Made by a program: the position numbers and the translations under genes. A stretch of 64,000 bases of DNA from Eledone cirrhosa (taxonomy: Eukaryota), in NCBI GenBank assembly GCA_964016885.1, contig OZ024743.1, positions 198,400,001-198,464,000 on the forward strand. The letters are read 5' to 3'. A model generated the notes under the pieces. The model had not been told where the DNA came from. It searched no databases and saw only the letters and a list, made by a program, of their open reading frames with translations. This document shows, one piece after another, positions 27,496-43,284 of the stretch. The stretch's first letter is position 1. Each line of letters starts with the position of its first letter.

Positions 27496-28200
27496 GTGTG
27501 TGTTTGTGTTTCTTGTGCGTAAGTGCATGTGAGAGTATGTTTATTTGTACACATCTATTGATATAAAATGTCTTTCATGTATCCCTTCTTCCTACCTGTC
27601 TGGGTTTCTGTGTGTAGTTTATAAAACTAGACTAAAGTTCGCAAGGCGCGTTAACTGCAGTGAATTGTGGTGAAAGATGATTTCTTATATACAAAACTAA
27701 GTGAATAAATATTAAAAAAGAGAAAAAATATTCGTATAGTTATTTAGAAAACAAAATATAAAATACGACTGAATTTTTCACACACCATGTTTTCGCTTCG
27801 CTGCTATTGTTTGAAGAATGCAAAGCAAAAATAAATATATAAGGAATAAATAAATAAATATTCAACAAATGATAATATTACATTGAAAGCATATCAAAAT
27901 AGACCCGCTTTTTTCATATGTTCTCCTGTGTTTTCATTTTATTTATTTATTGATTGTCTATTGTATGTTTGAAGTTTATCAAATAGGAATTCCCTTTAGA
28001 CTTCATCTACAAAACGCTCAGTTAAAATGGCGCCAATAGGCAAGTGTTAACTGTCTCAGATTCTCTGCAACCACTGCTAGGTCCATTCGAATTAAAGCAA
28101 TGAAAATATAAAGTTTTTCACTTTTTCACTGAGATTTAATACGGGAGCTCGCACCTGCACACACATTATACCAGGAAATTACAAACTTAAAGAAACATGT

Positions 28201-28275
<75 letters not shown>

Positions 28276-28357
28276 TTTATTTATATGTATATTATATATG
28301 TATATATACATACACACACACACAAATATATATATACATATGTATATATACATATAT

Positions 28358-28406
<49 letters not shown>

Positions 28407-28619
28407 TATATATGTGTGTGTGTGTGTGCCTGTGTTGTGTGTCTGTGTATATATATATGTAGAGGTGCGTGTGTATGTGTATGTTTGTGTTAAAACCTGT
28501 CTTTGTGTCTGCATTTATGTCCCACATTTTAACTGATCAACAAAATAATACAGAAAATAAATGCCAGATTTGAAATGTAAATATATAAAATGATTTACTG
28601 AGTGTAGCAAATTTATTTA

Positions 28620-28712
28620 TGGATAAAGAAATGTATTCTATATAATAAAGCGTGGTGCCCCAGCATGGCCTCATCCGAATGGCAGGAACAGGTCAAAAAG
28701 TAAAAGGATAAC
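28620..28712 (+). mobile_element. SINE tail fragment (GGTGCCCCAGCATGGCC type)
   Basis: Related decayed copies at ~22765-22810, ~34505-34555 (minus) and ~36215-36270. Confidence 0.5.
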
Positions 28713-28821
28713 ATATTAAATATCGCTTTTTACAATTAAGTTTCGCAATATTTAAGTACGAATCCGAAAGTTATGATTTTAACATCTAAAGGATTTTGCT
28801 AAATTAGTTTATCTAATATTT

Positions 28822-28980
28822 ATAGGAGGAGAATTGGCAGTCATTAGATAGAAGGATTAAAAACGTCTCGGTAATTGTTCTGATTCTCTCCGCGCTGAGT
28901 TCAAATACCGCCAAGATCAGATTTGACATTTACCCTTTCGAGGTCAATAATGAAATTACTTGTCCAATACTGGGGTGGAT
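28822..28980 (+). mobile_element. Old diverged SINE family A copy
   Basis: TTGGCAGTCATTAGA..GAGTTCAAATACCGCCAAGATC..CCCTTTCGAGGTCAATAA. Confidence 0.65.
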
Positions 28981-29936
28981 TCTTTTCCTCTGTGTCTTAA
29001 TTTCCTTTGAAAGAATTGGCCTTGTCAGATCTTGAGTTGTATGCGCTCTGTCAGATTTAATATGCTTAAAAAAACGTAAAGAGGTCTCTACGACAGAGTC
29101 TGGTGAGAAGCAACCTTTTTAAGGAACGTTGGAGAGAGAGCAAATCTCGTCTTGATATATGAACTGTTGATACTTCCCAATTCTCAGTAGAAAGATTCTA
29201 GGCAAATGTGACATAGAAATTTGTGTATGCATATATGTTTAACTGTAATTATGTATGTGTTATTAACCTGCATGTTAATACACTAAATAATATTTATGTG
29301 TGGGAATATATGTAGGTGTATACAATTATTTGTGTTTCTGAAATTTAAAGCTGTATTTGATTAATGAACTCAAACTCTTTCTGAGATTTATTCAAGTTAA
29401 TTTATTAATTCTAGCTGTAAAAGTTTCACCAATGTGTGGAGCAGTCATAAGATTATATCAATAGCTTTTTCAGTTGAATTTCTTCCATACTGTTTAATTT
29501 TTTACACATTCCCTTTCAACGTGTGTTCTTTATATCATACTCCCTCCCATAGCTTCATCTCTCCATTATATTATGCATGTAAGCATGTATGTAGGTACAT
29601 ACGTACGGATATATGTTAGTATGTATGTACGTATGTGTGTATGCATATATGTATTCATGTATGTATATATTTATGTATGCATGTGTGTATGTATGCATCT
29701 ATCTATCTATCGATCAATCTATTTGCTGGTCAGTTTGTATGCGTTTCCAAACTATCAAATATGGGTCTGCAACAACCACCACCAAAGTATTCGATTAAAT
29801 TTACCCTTCACTCGGTCAGACATGCATAAATGCATTTAAAATTACTTGGTCTGGAATCAATAAATTTAAAACATTTATCCGTATACTCACAGACACAGAA
29901 ACACATATGTAATATATGTATAATAAATATATAGAT

Positions 29937-30040
<104 letters not shown>

Positions 30041-30101
30041 GTATATATATATATAAGTATATATATATAAGTATATACAGAGAGAGAGAGAGGGGGGAGG
30101 G

Positions 30102-30164
<63 letters not shown>

Positions 30165-30224
30165 TGGAACTAATTGTTGAAGCGGCAAGAGTTCATCCGT
30201 CGGGTCCCGACTCTTTATAATATA

Positions 30225-30327
<103 letters not shown>

Positions 30328-31110
30328 GTGTATATGTGTGTGTGCGATTGTGTGCGCGTGCATGTGTGACTATAAGCATATGACATATATATATATATGT
30401 GTGCGTATGTGTTTGTATGCTTGTGTGTGTGTGTGGAATTTGTGTGGTGTAGAAATACACAAGTATTTGTGTTTTTACATATATGCCTGCATAGAGATTA
30501 GATACATATAGCGATAGATAGATATAAATAGTTAGAAAAACAAATATATAGCTAAATAGATAAAACGACATACGTAGAAGCTGATACATATACATTAAGA
30601 TAAATAAAGAAATAATTCTTACATCCATGCATGTTTACATATCAAAGACATATTCAATCTCACATATTGAATTTCATTTTCAATACATATGCTATATTGT
30701 TTGTGTGAATGGTACAAATAACAACCTATATATACACATATATATGAACACGCATACACCCACATATATATACACACACTCGTACACAAACAAGAAGAAT
30801 ACAGTTCATAGATATAAATGTTTAATATTAAATATTGCTACACAATTCCCTACATTCATGCTTTCATAGTGACACAGTGATACACTATCCACCAAGATGG
30901 AAACATTTATATCTATGTGTGTGTATCAATTAGATGTGAGTCAACATGTGCATGTATACTTTAAACATGCATGTATGCATACGTACACAATCACTCCCTT
31001 CCATACACATGCACACGTGAAAACCCCTATATATCTACAAACACATATTGATATGTATATATATATATATATATATATCCATACATATACATACATATAT
31101 ATCCATATAT

Positions 31111-31199
<89 letters not shown>

Positions 31200-31361
31200 C
31201 CAACTGAAATAACCGAAATTCAACTAAAACTAATATAATCTAGTTTCAAGAGAAATAAATCTTCTTTACACACACATACACACACACACAAACACACACA
31301 CACAAACACACACACACACTACACACACACACACACATATATATATATATGTATATATATG

Positions 31362-31462
<101 letters not shown>

Positions 31463-31473
31463 ATATACGTATA

Positions 31474-31506
<33 letters not shown>

Positions 31507-31599
31507 GTATATATAAGTATGTATATATAAGTATATATATATATATGTGTGTATGTGTGTGTGTATGTATATATATATATTTATATATATACGTATATA

Positions 31600-31630
<31 letters not shown>

Positions 31631-31656
31631 GTATATATAAGTATGTATATATAAGA

Positions 31657-31784
<128 letters not shown>

Positions 31785-33616
31785 GTATATATATGGTATG
31801 AAAAATAGAAATAACATAAAATAGCAGAGAATAAATAAAATAATACATTTTGAAAGAAAGATATATATAAAAATAAACGAGAGAAAAAAATGTGGAAGGA
31901 AAAATTGAAAAAGAATTTTAAAAAAAAAACGAATTTCCCGAAGGAATATTGCTTAAACCTTTGTCAAAATAGCATATTTTTGAGATAACCAATAATTCCT
32001 TGAGTTTCATTGTGCTTCGGTAAATATTGGTCACGCCAATGAAATGTTCCACATGAAAAAACTTTCGACTTTTAGAAGCTTGTCTAAGCTATAATGTGAG
32101 AAAATCACTGGACTATAGAAGATGTTATTGGAGACAAACAAAAGCTGATTTCAGTTTAAATCTCCTATTGCTTCAGAAGGCGTGTCGTTATAAATCTATC
32201 TTTTAGACATTTTTTTCTTTCTGTTAGTTTCCATTCCAGACGTCAGACTTTGAAAATGTCACATAGTCACCCGACTGCCTATTATGCTTCCTTATTCTCT
32301 TATTCTCCATAGTCATCTGTGTGTGTATTGGAGGTGTGTTTATATAAGTGCGATACGTGTGTGTTATTGTATTTCCTTGAAGTTTTATATTTGCATTATT
32401 GTACATGTGCATGTGAGTCTGTTTGTGTGTTCATATGGCTTTGTGAGTATGTGTGTGTGTGTGCATTTTTTTGCAGTTAATATAATTAGTATTGCGTTTG
32501 TTGTGTTTGTCTGGGCATGTGTGTGTGTGTGCGCGCGCACGCGAACATGCTCACGCAGAAGCACATACGCACACACACAAACACATATACATCCTAGTAC
32601 ACATATACATAAACACATACAGGGGTTGTTCCGTTGATGAAAACAACTAGAACACGCACCGTCGAAAGCGACGAAGGTTCAACCACACACACACACTATT
32701 GTAATTGATGTTACTGTTGAAGATATTGAGGATTATTATTGTTGTTTTTGTTTGCGTTGTTGTTATTGCTATTCTTTCTTTTTGCAGAAATTGTTGTTAT
32801 TGTTAGCGTAGCTGGTGTTATTGGCTTGCCTTGTTATTCCCTACTATGTTGTTTATGTTGTTTTATTGTTGTTGTTTTCCTTATTGCTTCTGTTATTCAA
32901 TCTCAGCTCAATCTTGATTGAGCTTGCCTTTGATTGATGAAAGCCATTTTAACCATGACTGTCTTGTATCTAACTCTACTGTTCAACGTGTCGTTTGAAT
33001 CTTTAAATAAGTAGGATATGATTTGACGGATGATATGTCTAGCAATCGATTGGTCGCCTTTTGTCTCCATCATTTACTTATTGCTAATGGCCCTGATGTG
33101 GTTGATGATACCGATGTCTAGCCCCAAATCATACTAGATCGTGTATCCATATATCTAAATGTTTTCCAGTTGTGACTATCCTATTATTATCTAAACAATA
33201 TATCTAGGTCCGTTTACATTAACCAATTTCTTTTAAGGACAATACATGAGATATGAGTGTAGCTCTGGGACTGAAGTTCTTATATCGCTCTATTGGCCTT
33301 AACTCTGATAGTACTGTTGAAGCTTGATAATTTCCCGCGTTGACACTGCCACGATGATGATGAGACCTAAGTATAAGGAACACATAATAATCATCGCAGT
33401 AATCAGGAGAGACGCAGGCAACCATGAATACATACTGACTACTATAAAGATAGAAAAATAAAATGATATGGTCAAGTGCTAGAAATCTTATGGGTTAACT
33501 AAGACCATCTCACAATGAACCAGACAACAGCTATAGCAAGAACAACAATGGAATAGAAGAAGAAGAAGAAGAAGAAGAAGAAGAAGAAGAAGAAGAAGAA
33601 GAAGAAGAAGAATTAT

Positions 33617-33797
33617 ATAATTGTTTCTACTTTTAGCACAAGGCCAGCAATTAACCAGTGCATTACTGGTACTTTATTTTATCGACACCGTAAGGATGAA
33701 AGGTAAAGTTAACCTCGGCGGGATTTGAACTCAGATCATAAAGGGCCGTAACTCTATGCTACAAAGCATGGTGTTCGACTCTCTACCAATACTGCCA
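33617..33797 (-). mobile_element. tRNA-derived SINE family A
   Basis: Reverse complement of the reference copy. Its tail runs into the (TTC)n tract. Confidence 0.9.
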
Positions 33798-34447
33798 AAA
33801 TACCAACAAACTTGGTATCTCGTGTCAATTTTACAAAAGATGCTCGAGTACTATTTGACGGAAATTTCTTTTTGTGCGGTTTGTGCGCTTTTTTGTGCGC
33901 TTCGTGTAGAATTATGGATCTATGATAATATCAGAGTTCCTGCCTTGGACATTCAACGGACATCTTCGTATGACATTATTACGACTGTTCTATGTCCTAT
34001 CCATTACTGTATCTACATTTGCTGTTCTTATTGACTCAGCTTTTTCAGATAAATCTGATAATGCTGCTGCTGCTGTTGTCATGTAATACTTTATTCTATG
34101 TGGATAACTTTCAGTAAACATTTCTATTAAACGTCATGCGCCACTAATTATTTCTATATAATATCATGCTTCGCAGCTCTAACATCTTTCAATCATTTTC
34201 ATCTGAATTTTAAAGATATTATTTACTTTTCTTTCACCCTGCTTTACTTTACTTTTTTTTCCTAGCTTTCTTAATATGCCCTAATGTTTTTTCTTGTGAA
34301 TGTGTGTGTGTACGTATATGTGTAATTTTTTTAAGTACGAATACAAACGGGTATATATATATACATTTATACATACACACACGTATATCTATATATATGT
34401 TTTAGTCTATATATTTAAAGAGATGCATAACCAAATGTAAACACATT

Positions 34448-34492
<45 letters not shown>

Positions 34493-35401
34493 GAAGCATA
34501 TTATTTTACTTTCACTAGTTCCAGTCGGTTTGTGGCGGCCATTCTGGGGCATCGTTATCCTATTCATATATATATTTCATAACACTTATCTAGAAATATA
34601 TTATGAATGCAACAAACAGTGTCCTCTCAGCTTTGACTTCTTTAAAGCTGAAAACCCAATAAATTCAATATTACTATAGATATTACAAATAAATTTACAT
34701 GTTAAGCTTACATTGGAAATTTACTGAAAAGCTAACGTGTTAATTGAATTTTTTTTCTATTCATAAATATGTTACTAGATTCAAATCCACAATATTTAAT
34801 ATTTATTTCAGCAGGAAAATGGCGTTTATTATGTACTTGGTTAGTTTAATATTAACGCTTATAAGGGCTGTAAACATTAACTGTAAAACGTCGGACAAAA
34901 TTCTATTACGACGTCTTTTTAACTTTCAAATTACGAAATTGCCATTTATCGTTTTGGATTCTATATAATAAAAATCAGTTGCATATTGAGATTTGCTTAT
35001 ATCCAGCGTCACATTTATGACCTTGTCTCAATGGCAGAAATCGAGTTTTGGTGATTCTAAGTTATCAAAAGTGTATGTTTTCGCCTATATTGAATTCCAG
35101 AGAGCATGGCAAGAGAGCACTGTCTTGATAATGAGAAGAGTCAGAAACGATGATTAAGGAATTTTGCCCGCCCTGCTTCTGCTGGAATCCGCTAGATGGC
35201 ATTACACCTTCAACTTCCCAAATTCATAGCTAAAGGCTTTCAAATGTTTATTCGTAAACATACCGTATATCGCTAGATATATAAAACACACTCACACACA
35301 CACAGACACACGCGTGCACACACATATATATCTACCTCTCATTCTCTCTCAATCTCTCTGTCTCTCTGTCTCCCCTCCCCTTCTATCTCTCTTTCTCTCT
35401 T

Positions 35402-35457
<56 letters not shown>

Positions 35458-35747
35458 GACACAGACACACACACACATATATATATAATATATATATATA
35501 ATATACATATATATGTGTTTTATTTGTGTGTATGTGTGTAGAAACGAATCTACCAAACCCCAATACCACATATATCGTATCATTATTCCAAGTCACTTAC
35601 ATTGAGACATGTGCAAAACATTACATGATTTTCTTGAATATATTTAATGGTATATTCCGGAAGTTAGCTGTTAAACCAATGCATTTTTAGAATCGAGACC
35701 GCCCCTTTCTTAAACAGAAAAACAAAGTTCTGAAACACATAAATAAT

Positions 35748-36035
35748 GATTTCTACATTAGTCTCAAGGCCAGTAATTTTGGGGAGATGGGAAAGTCGAT
35801 TAAATCGACCCCAGTGCATGACTGGGTTCAGATTTAGGCATAAGGCCAGCAAGTTTAGGGGAGGGGAAAGTCTATAAAATCGACCCTAGTGCGTTAATGA
35901 TACCTTATTTTATCGACCCCGTAAGGGTGAAAGACAAAGCTAACCTCGGCATCATTTGAACTCAGATTGTAAAGGGCCATAACCCCATGCCATGTATTAT
36001 GTTGTCCTACGGTCTGCCGATATTGCCAATCCACC
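35748..36035 (-). mobile_element. SINE family A copy with a tandemly repeated 3' segment
   Basis: AAGGCCAG..TCGACCC..GTGC occurs twice (35766-35825 and 35842-35900), followed by the central domain and head. Confidence 0.8.
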
Positions 36036-36743
36036 GAAATGATTTTTAACGTTGATACCAGGCCATGAAATTGAGAATCTTCAAAAGATTACTATCGCGG
36101 ACGTTTCTAAGTGGTCAATCCATCTGCTAGATTTTTTCCTTTACATTCGTCCCACATGAAGTCTGTAAAATAAGTACCATCGTATGCACTAGAGTTGGTA
36201 TAATTGATTAATTACGATGGAGGCGGTTCCCCAGCTTAACTGCATTATAATGTATAAAAGTATAAAACCCCGTATTTTTCTTTTAAGCAACTAATTTCGT
36301 AAAGATTTTAATAAATCTTCTGTCGGCTGCGTGATTTAAAACCAACCTTAATGATCTATGATTTGCACGGAAGTCAGAGCTGTAGCAAGTACATACATCT
36401 TTAATATTAATATTGTAAAGTGCGTGTAACAAGAAATATATATTTAGTAATCGGCTTAGAATGTAATTGAATGATTTATGTTTAATTAAATATTTTTTCA
36501 TGAATGGTGTGTCAATAAATATACACTCACATGTATATGCCCATAATTTCTTACAATATATACGTATAAGTACACACACAGACACAAATATATATGTGTA
36601 CGTATATGTGTGTAAATATATGCATATCTAGGTATATATATATTTATACATATCCCCATGTATCGAGTACTCACATTATATGTGGTCTGCTCGGTCACAG
36701 CATCGCAGATTCTCGCTATCCCTCTCTCTCTCTATCTTTCTCT

Positions 36744-36845
<102 letters not shown>

Positions 36846-36849
36846 TATG

Positions 36850-37133
36850 TAATAGAAAAAAACGAGTAAGTTTCGTTTACATATGAAAAATATCTATTGC
36901 ATATCGACCTGTTACGCGCGTTTCGCAGAGGATTGACTCAAGGTGACCCAGGTATGGACCCGACTCCAGTATCGATCTGCTCCTCCAACTGAGGAAGCGA
37001 CAAAAAATATATCTTTTATAAATTTTTCATATGTAAACGAAACTTCCTCGATTTTGTCTATTATATACACTCTGCCTGTACATAGAGTGCTTGATTGGTA
37101 CCTACACCAGTATTTCACCGGACTACCTACACT
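36850..37133. mobile_element. Small PLE insertion: inverted arms (36850-36891 and 37022-37063), hammerhead-like spacer (36912-36986, minus), tail (37064-37133)
   Basis: Arms ..GTTTCGTTTACATATGAAAAAT / ATTTTTCATATGTAAACGAAAC... The minus strand reads TGGAGGA-GCAGA...TCTGC-GAAAC GCGC GTA. Confidence 0.7.
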
Positions 37134-37428
37134 ATATATATATCTATGCATATCTATGTATGTATACACATACACATACCTCACATTCACACAATTATTT
37201 TAAAATACATGAAAACAATACTAAATGTATAACTGCACTATAAACCCTATACATGAGAAAATATATATTATATATCAGTTTAATTACAGATAAAAAGTTA
37301 TAATTTTTAATTCCTCTATTCTTAACTTTCATATATATATATATATACACATTTTTAATATGTAATATGTAGATATGTAAACAAGTCTTGGTAATCCATT
37401 CTGTATAGACACAGATATAATTATAACT

Positions 37429-37475
<47 letters not shown>

Positions 37476-37500
37476 TGTTATATATATGTATATATATATA

Positions 37501-38076
<576 letters not shown>

Positions 38077-38521
38077 GACCACTGCCACGTCACAATTCTT
38101 AGCCATTTTGAATTCGTGTTTGGCGGGTGCCACTTCAGAAAATAATCTGTCCTAGCGAGTTTGTCTCCTGACGAGTTCGAAGCTCGAGATTTATCCTTAA
38201 TAGGATATCACAAAATGCGAATGAAACCCAAGGTTATCCTGGTATGCATATAAGCATTTCTAACTTCAATTTTATACCTAATTGTGTATGGTTGACCGTA
38301 TATTTAATTGATTTCCACGTGCTGTTGAAAAGTTGGGTAAATATTCTATAGCGGTTGGCTGCGAAGAGGCTGCTATTGTTTTATTTATTTACTGTCTCTT
38401 CATAGGTGCCTTTTAATCTTATAGCCTAGTCTAATTGATATTTTCTGTGGTTAATTATGCTAATTGTTAGAGGAAATGAGGTATATATATTATCAAATGA
38501 TTCTATGGACATACTTTATAG

Positions 38522-38552
<31 letters not shown>

Positions 38553-38734
38553 GTTATATAGTAAGGTGCATTATTGGTTGTGTAAAATGGTCCAATAACT
38601 TTATGTAAGCAATATTAAGTTCTCCACGCTTTTGTATATCTCCAATTCCATTCAAGGGAACAGCTAGATGATGTAAAACGGAGTATAAGTATCAAAATGA
38701 AAATTCGAAGGCAAGGTAAAATTCCAATCATTTA

Positions 38735-38810
38735 ATCACGACACAAGTTTCACTAAGAGATAGATCGATTGTGAAGCCATGATCGATTATCACTGATCTC
38801 ATCAGGTGAA
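38735..38810 (-). ncRNA. Type I hammerhead with long helix II (left arm)
   Basis: Minus strand: TCAC-CTGATGA-[~47 nt including GATA-ATCGAT..ATCGAT-TATC]-GAAAC TTGT GTC^GTGA. Confidence 0.7.
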
Positions 38811-40169
38811 AATGAATTGTCTTCAAATTCTTGATATGAGAGAGAAAGAAATAAGGATGTTCTCTCACAGAATTCATTCCTTCATATGGAGACACACCAG
38901 TCAGAAACACAGCGACTGCTATTAGCTTCAGTTGAGGTCATAAAAGTGTTCAGATTTCTATCGTTGCAAAAGACGCTGGACATCAATCAAATCTGTAGGG
39001 ATACAGTCAGTCACAGTTAATGTGAGTGGGTATACACACATTCCACACCCACATACACCGGCTCGAGGTCAAAGAAAAATACATACATATATATACACAC
39101 ATCAACACAGTATTAAACCTGTAGAGTTGGTGTAGGTGGGTACACACACACTTTCACACACACCGAAGCGATGTCCGAGAGAAAACAAATATAAGAAAAC
39201 AAATATAATAAAACAAATATAAGAATGTACCAACACAGCACTCACCGAAAGTTAGTTCACAAAGCAACAGAAGCTATATTGGTCCAATCTCAATTTGCCG
39301 ATGTAAATTGGAAATATTGGGTTAACTAACGCCCCACACATACACACACACGCAAGTTCAGTTCATTGTTCTGCTATACGTGTATAGATCGAATTGTAAC
39401 ATCCATATCTTCAACTGTATGGTATGGTATATACACATCCGAATCGTCCAAAAAAGGGGTATGTCCGGGTATATACACATCCATGTGGAGAGCAAGCAAT
39501 CAGCTCTTGTCGAACTCATTATGTACTGGTGTCCCATTGAGAATCCGTGTCACCAAAATCCGTGCGTGCAAGCAACCGCAATGTAGGCCAGCAAAGGGCT
39601 CCATATATGGTTGGGTATTGGGTAAATGCGTCGGCAAGTGCGATTTCCTGTCATATGGGCCAATGAGCTTTTAAGATAGTTGTTTGAGTGGTGGAGGTGT
39701 GTTATCCAACACAAAAGGTGAAGTAAAAAAGACAGGATAGTAAAATCCAAAAAGATGTGTGTAGGCCCATTAATGGTGTGTCAGTATTATTGTTCAATCC
39801 GTAACAGTGAGTCCTCCATGGTTAGATGATCACGGATCAAAGCCTGGTGTATTGTTCAGTCGGTAGGAACGTGACAGTCGTAAATGTGGGACCTCAATGT
39901 CTAAAGGAAACGGGTACTGTGTGTAGAGTTATGTATAGAGAGCGTAATCGGTCCTAACTAAGTGTGTAATCAATCTAACTATTTACTAGCTACGTATTCT
40001 AAAAAAGAGCACGCAGTTGTGAGAACTCCGTGGAAACAGGCCGAGTATCGTTTGTAAGTACGCAAACAATCTTAGCCGTCTAACTACCTAAGTGTGTGAC
40101 TGTCTGTTTATTGAGAGAACTCTATGGTTAAAGTAGAGAGGGAGGAATTAGTGGTAGGTTACCTTCCAA

Positions 40170-41062
40170 AAGTCCTGCGGGAGGTTTTCGAGGTTCTATG
40201 TTGGCAGTCGCTGAAAAAATCTGCTCTCCTATTAATTAAAAGTTTCAGCTATACATAAATTGCAGACGACAGTGCTGCCGTTATAAGGTTGGGCTGAGCA
40301 AACTATGGACCAGGATAAGGAGTGCTCTATATTCTGATGTTTAAGCTTCCAGACTAATTCCGAAAGTGCCGTGCTATTTTTTTTATCTAATCTATTAAAG
40401 GTATGGCGGTGATTATACCATCTATCGTTAAATTCCGTGGCAGATGCCCCAACATACCTAAAGGTTCTAGCAGGAGTGGAGACGTTACAGTCGTAGACTA
40501 TGTTTTTGGTAAGGCATTTCCCAGCCATGGGGCAGGTGGCGGTGCTTCTGCAGTTACATTTTTTGCTATCGACCTAGGTAGTTCCAGATGGACCACGGTA
40601 CCTTTGGGGTCGGGTCTCAGTTCAAGTCTGCTCTATGGGTACATTCCCTGGGGTTGGGGAGACCTGACTCGCCTCGCGTGTATGAGTCAGTTCCTCAATA
40701 GAGCTCCCATTGTTCCTGCCATGCCTAATTCCCTCATGGGCTGTCCTAAGTCTACTATAATTCATCTTAGCTATATTCTGAGCTATGTTACTAGTTGTGG
40801 AGTAGGACAGCTTGATGGTATTTCTATTGAATATTTTATAATATCTGTGCGATCTAGGGAAGCATTTGTCTAAGGCCCTAAAGAAAAGCTTAGCTATACT
40901 AGTGGTCAGGCCAGTGGGGTAAGGGGGATTATACCACAGGACTTTTCTGGTCTGATGTCTCCTGTTCCTACTAACTATATTAGAATTACCTGTCACCCTA
41001 GTAGTTACTGGTCTATTGTAACTGGAAATTGCCTGTGGGCCGATGGTGTCCTGGGGTGTCAC
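40170..41062 (-). pseudogene. PLE ORF C-terminus: linker and GIY-YIG endonuclease (Nematis-like)
   Basis: RKVLWYNPPY..FNRNTIKLSYS; CNCRS..CPMAGKCLTKNIVYDCNV..YVGASATEFNDRWYNH..TALSELVWKLK..CNLCIAE. Interrupted. Confidence 0.92.
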
Positions 41063-41577
41063 GATTGTGTTAGGAATCGTCCCAAGTCTCCAGGGCGGTG
41101 TACCCCCTGTATAGCTTCTGTTGCTTTGTGAACTAACTTTCGGTGAGTGCTGTGTTGGTACATTCTTATATTTGTTTTATTATATTTGTTTTCTTATATT
41201 TGTTTTCTCTCGGACATCGCTTCGGTGTGTGTGAAAGTGTGTGTGTACCCACCCACACTAACTCTACAGGTTTAATACTGTGTTGATGTGTGTATATATA
41301 TGTATATATTTTTCTTTGACCTCGAGCCGGTGTATGTGGGTGTGGAATGTGTGTATACCCACTCACATTAACTGTGACTGACTGTATCCCTACAGATTTG
41401 ATTGATGTCCAGCGTCTTTTGCAGCGATAGAAATCTGAAAACTTTTATGACCTCAACTGAAGCTAATAGCAGTTGCTGTGTTTCTGACTAGTGTGTCTCC
41501 ATATGAGGGAATGAATTCTGTGAGAGAACATCGTTATTTTTTTCTCCCTCATATCAAGAATTTGAAGACAATTCATT

Positions 41578-41653
41578 TTCACCTGATGAGATCAGTGATA
41601 ATCGATCATGGCTTCACAATCGATCTATCTCTTATTGAAACATGTGTCGTGGC
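41578..41653 (+). ncRNA. Type I hammerhead with long helix II (right arm)
   Basis: TCAC-CTGATGA(41583)-...-GAAA(41637)C ATGT GTC^GTGG. Confidence 0.7.
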
Positions 41654-41807
41654 TAAATGATTGGAATGTTACCTTGCCTTCGGATTTTCATTTTGATGTA
41701 TATATATATATACATATACATATATAAATATTTATATATATATATATATATATATACATACATACATATACATATACATATACATATATATATATATATA
41801 TATATAA

Positions 41808-41927
<120 letters not shown>

Positions 41928-42267
41928 TGAAGGCGCATGGCTTAGTGGTTAGAGCTTTGGACTTGCAATCGGAAGATTGTGAGTTCGATTCTCGGACCGG
42001 ATGATGCGTTGTGTCCTTGAGCAAGACACTTTATTTCACGTTACTCCAGTTTACTCAGCTGTAGAAATGAGTTGCGACCTCATTGGTGCCAAGCTGTATC
42101 TGTCATTGCCTTTCCCTTGGACCTCATCGATGGCGTGGAGAGGGGAGACTGGTATGCATGGACGACTATTGGCCTTCCACAAACAACCTTGCCTGGACTT
42201 GTGCCTCGGAGGAAAACTTTCTAACTGCAAATCCCATGCTCATTCGTGACCGAAGGGAGTTTTTACC

Positions 42268-42272
<5 letters not shown>
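41928..42272 (+). mobile_element. tRNA-derived CORE-type SINE (family B, OR-like), full length
   Basis: A-box TGGCTTAGTGGTTAGA, B-box GAGTTCGATTC, CORE-like GTGTCCTTGAGCAAGACACTTTATTTCAC, tail TTTTACCCTTT. Inserted in (TA)n. Confidence 0.85.
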
Positions 42273-42327
<55 letters not shown>

Positions 42328-42330
<3 letters not shown>

Positions 42331-43100
42331 TTATTAAAATAACAGATGAAAGTTTAAGCAAAGAATCGCTGTTTTCACCCTTAACGGGATCTTCTGAAAC
42401 TAACAAAGTCAATCTGTGAACACAGAAGTGAATATTTCAAAAAACTTGCAACGGGGGGAAGACAGGAAGATGATACTTTGGTTCGTGGAAACGTTCCCTG
42501 GCAAAGAACGGGAAAAAACGAAGATAATACGTCATTATTTGGAGCGGTGAAAAATAATTACACGCAAAGACAGAACCACGTTTATGGTATAAAAGAAGTT
42601 GTAGACTAATGTTCTCTTAGGTGGTTCATAGAGACGTTCTCTGGCAATGAACGGAAAAAACGAAGATAATACGTCATATGTGGAGCGATGAGAACAATTG
42701 CACGCAAAGACAAAACCACGTAAATGGTATAACTGAAGTCGTAGACTAAAATTCTAACTAGGAAACCGAATGATTCTCGGCTTCAGAGTTAAGAATAAAG
42801 TAAATAAATACAGAGATAATTGAAATTAAATAAATACATACACGCATCCATATACGTACATACACAAGCATAAGCGAAAACACTCGCCATAGGTATACAA
42901 ATATACGCACGTACACACAAAAAAGAACCCACGCAACGTCTGTACCCAAGATCCCGCTAAGGGTGAAAGCAACGATTCTTTGCTTAAACTTTAATCTGTT
43001 ATTTTAATAAATATTTGCTCTACGGTTCTCATATATTTGATATATATTTATCCTTATCGAGCCCTCTTTGGATTTTAGTCTTAAAATTTATTATCATTAC
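42328..43100. mobile_element. PLE-like end: inverted arms (42328-42393 and 42948-43012), tail (43013-43100), internal ~105-bp direct repeat
   Basis: The arms are reverse complements. The tail matches 51-103 (reverse complement) and the body matches ~57085-57212 (reverse complement). Direct repeats at ~42499-42609 and ~42641-42749. PLE identity is inferred from the architecture. Confidence 0.65.
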
Positions 43101-43284
43101 TCTATATATATATTTATATATATATATATATATAAACCCAGATTGATTCTGTAAGAAACTGGTTAGACCATTACACACTAGATTACTCGATTCGTAGGAT
43201 AGTATATTATGGTTATATGGATGATATGTGTGTGTATGTGTATATGTCTGTGTGTGTGTGTTTCTTCGTGTATATATATATATC

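Larger units (their letters stand above)
38551..41697 (-). mobile_element. 5'-truncated PLE with ~590-bp inverted pseudo-LTR arms (38691-39278 and 41110-41697) and a ~140-bp tail
   Basis: The arms are high-identity reverse complements. The spacer carries linker and GIY-YIG ORFs plus a long UTR. Both arms have hammerheads, and both ends abut (TA)n. Confidence 0.92.

Noticed and set aside
38160-38240. CTGACGA-GTTCG...CGAAT-GAAACC caa GGTT hammerhead-like motif
   Set aside because: Helices II and III can be drawn but helix I does not pair. It is at most a broken copy, so it is not listed as a ribozyme.
38728-41660. Twin ~60-aa ORFs (38728-38910 and 41478-41660) and ORF 41166-41366
   Set aside because: They are mirror images within the inverted pLTR arms with no recognisable domain, and the mirror of the third ORF carries a stop.
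42360-42400. Minus-strand CAGAAGA-TCCC gttaa GGGT-GAAA motif
   Set aside because: The core is mismatched and I could not form a convincing helix I or III.
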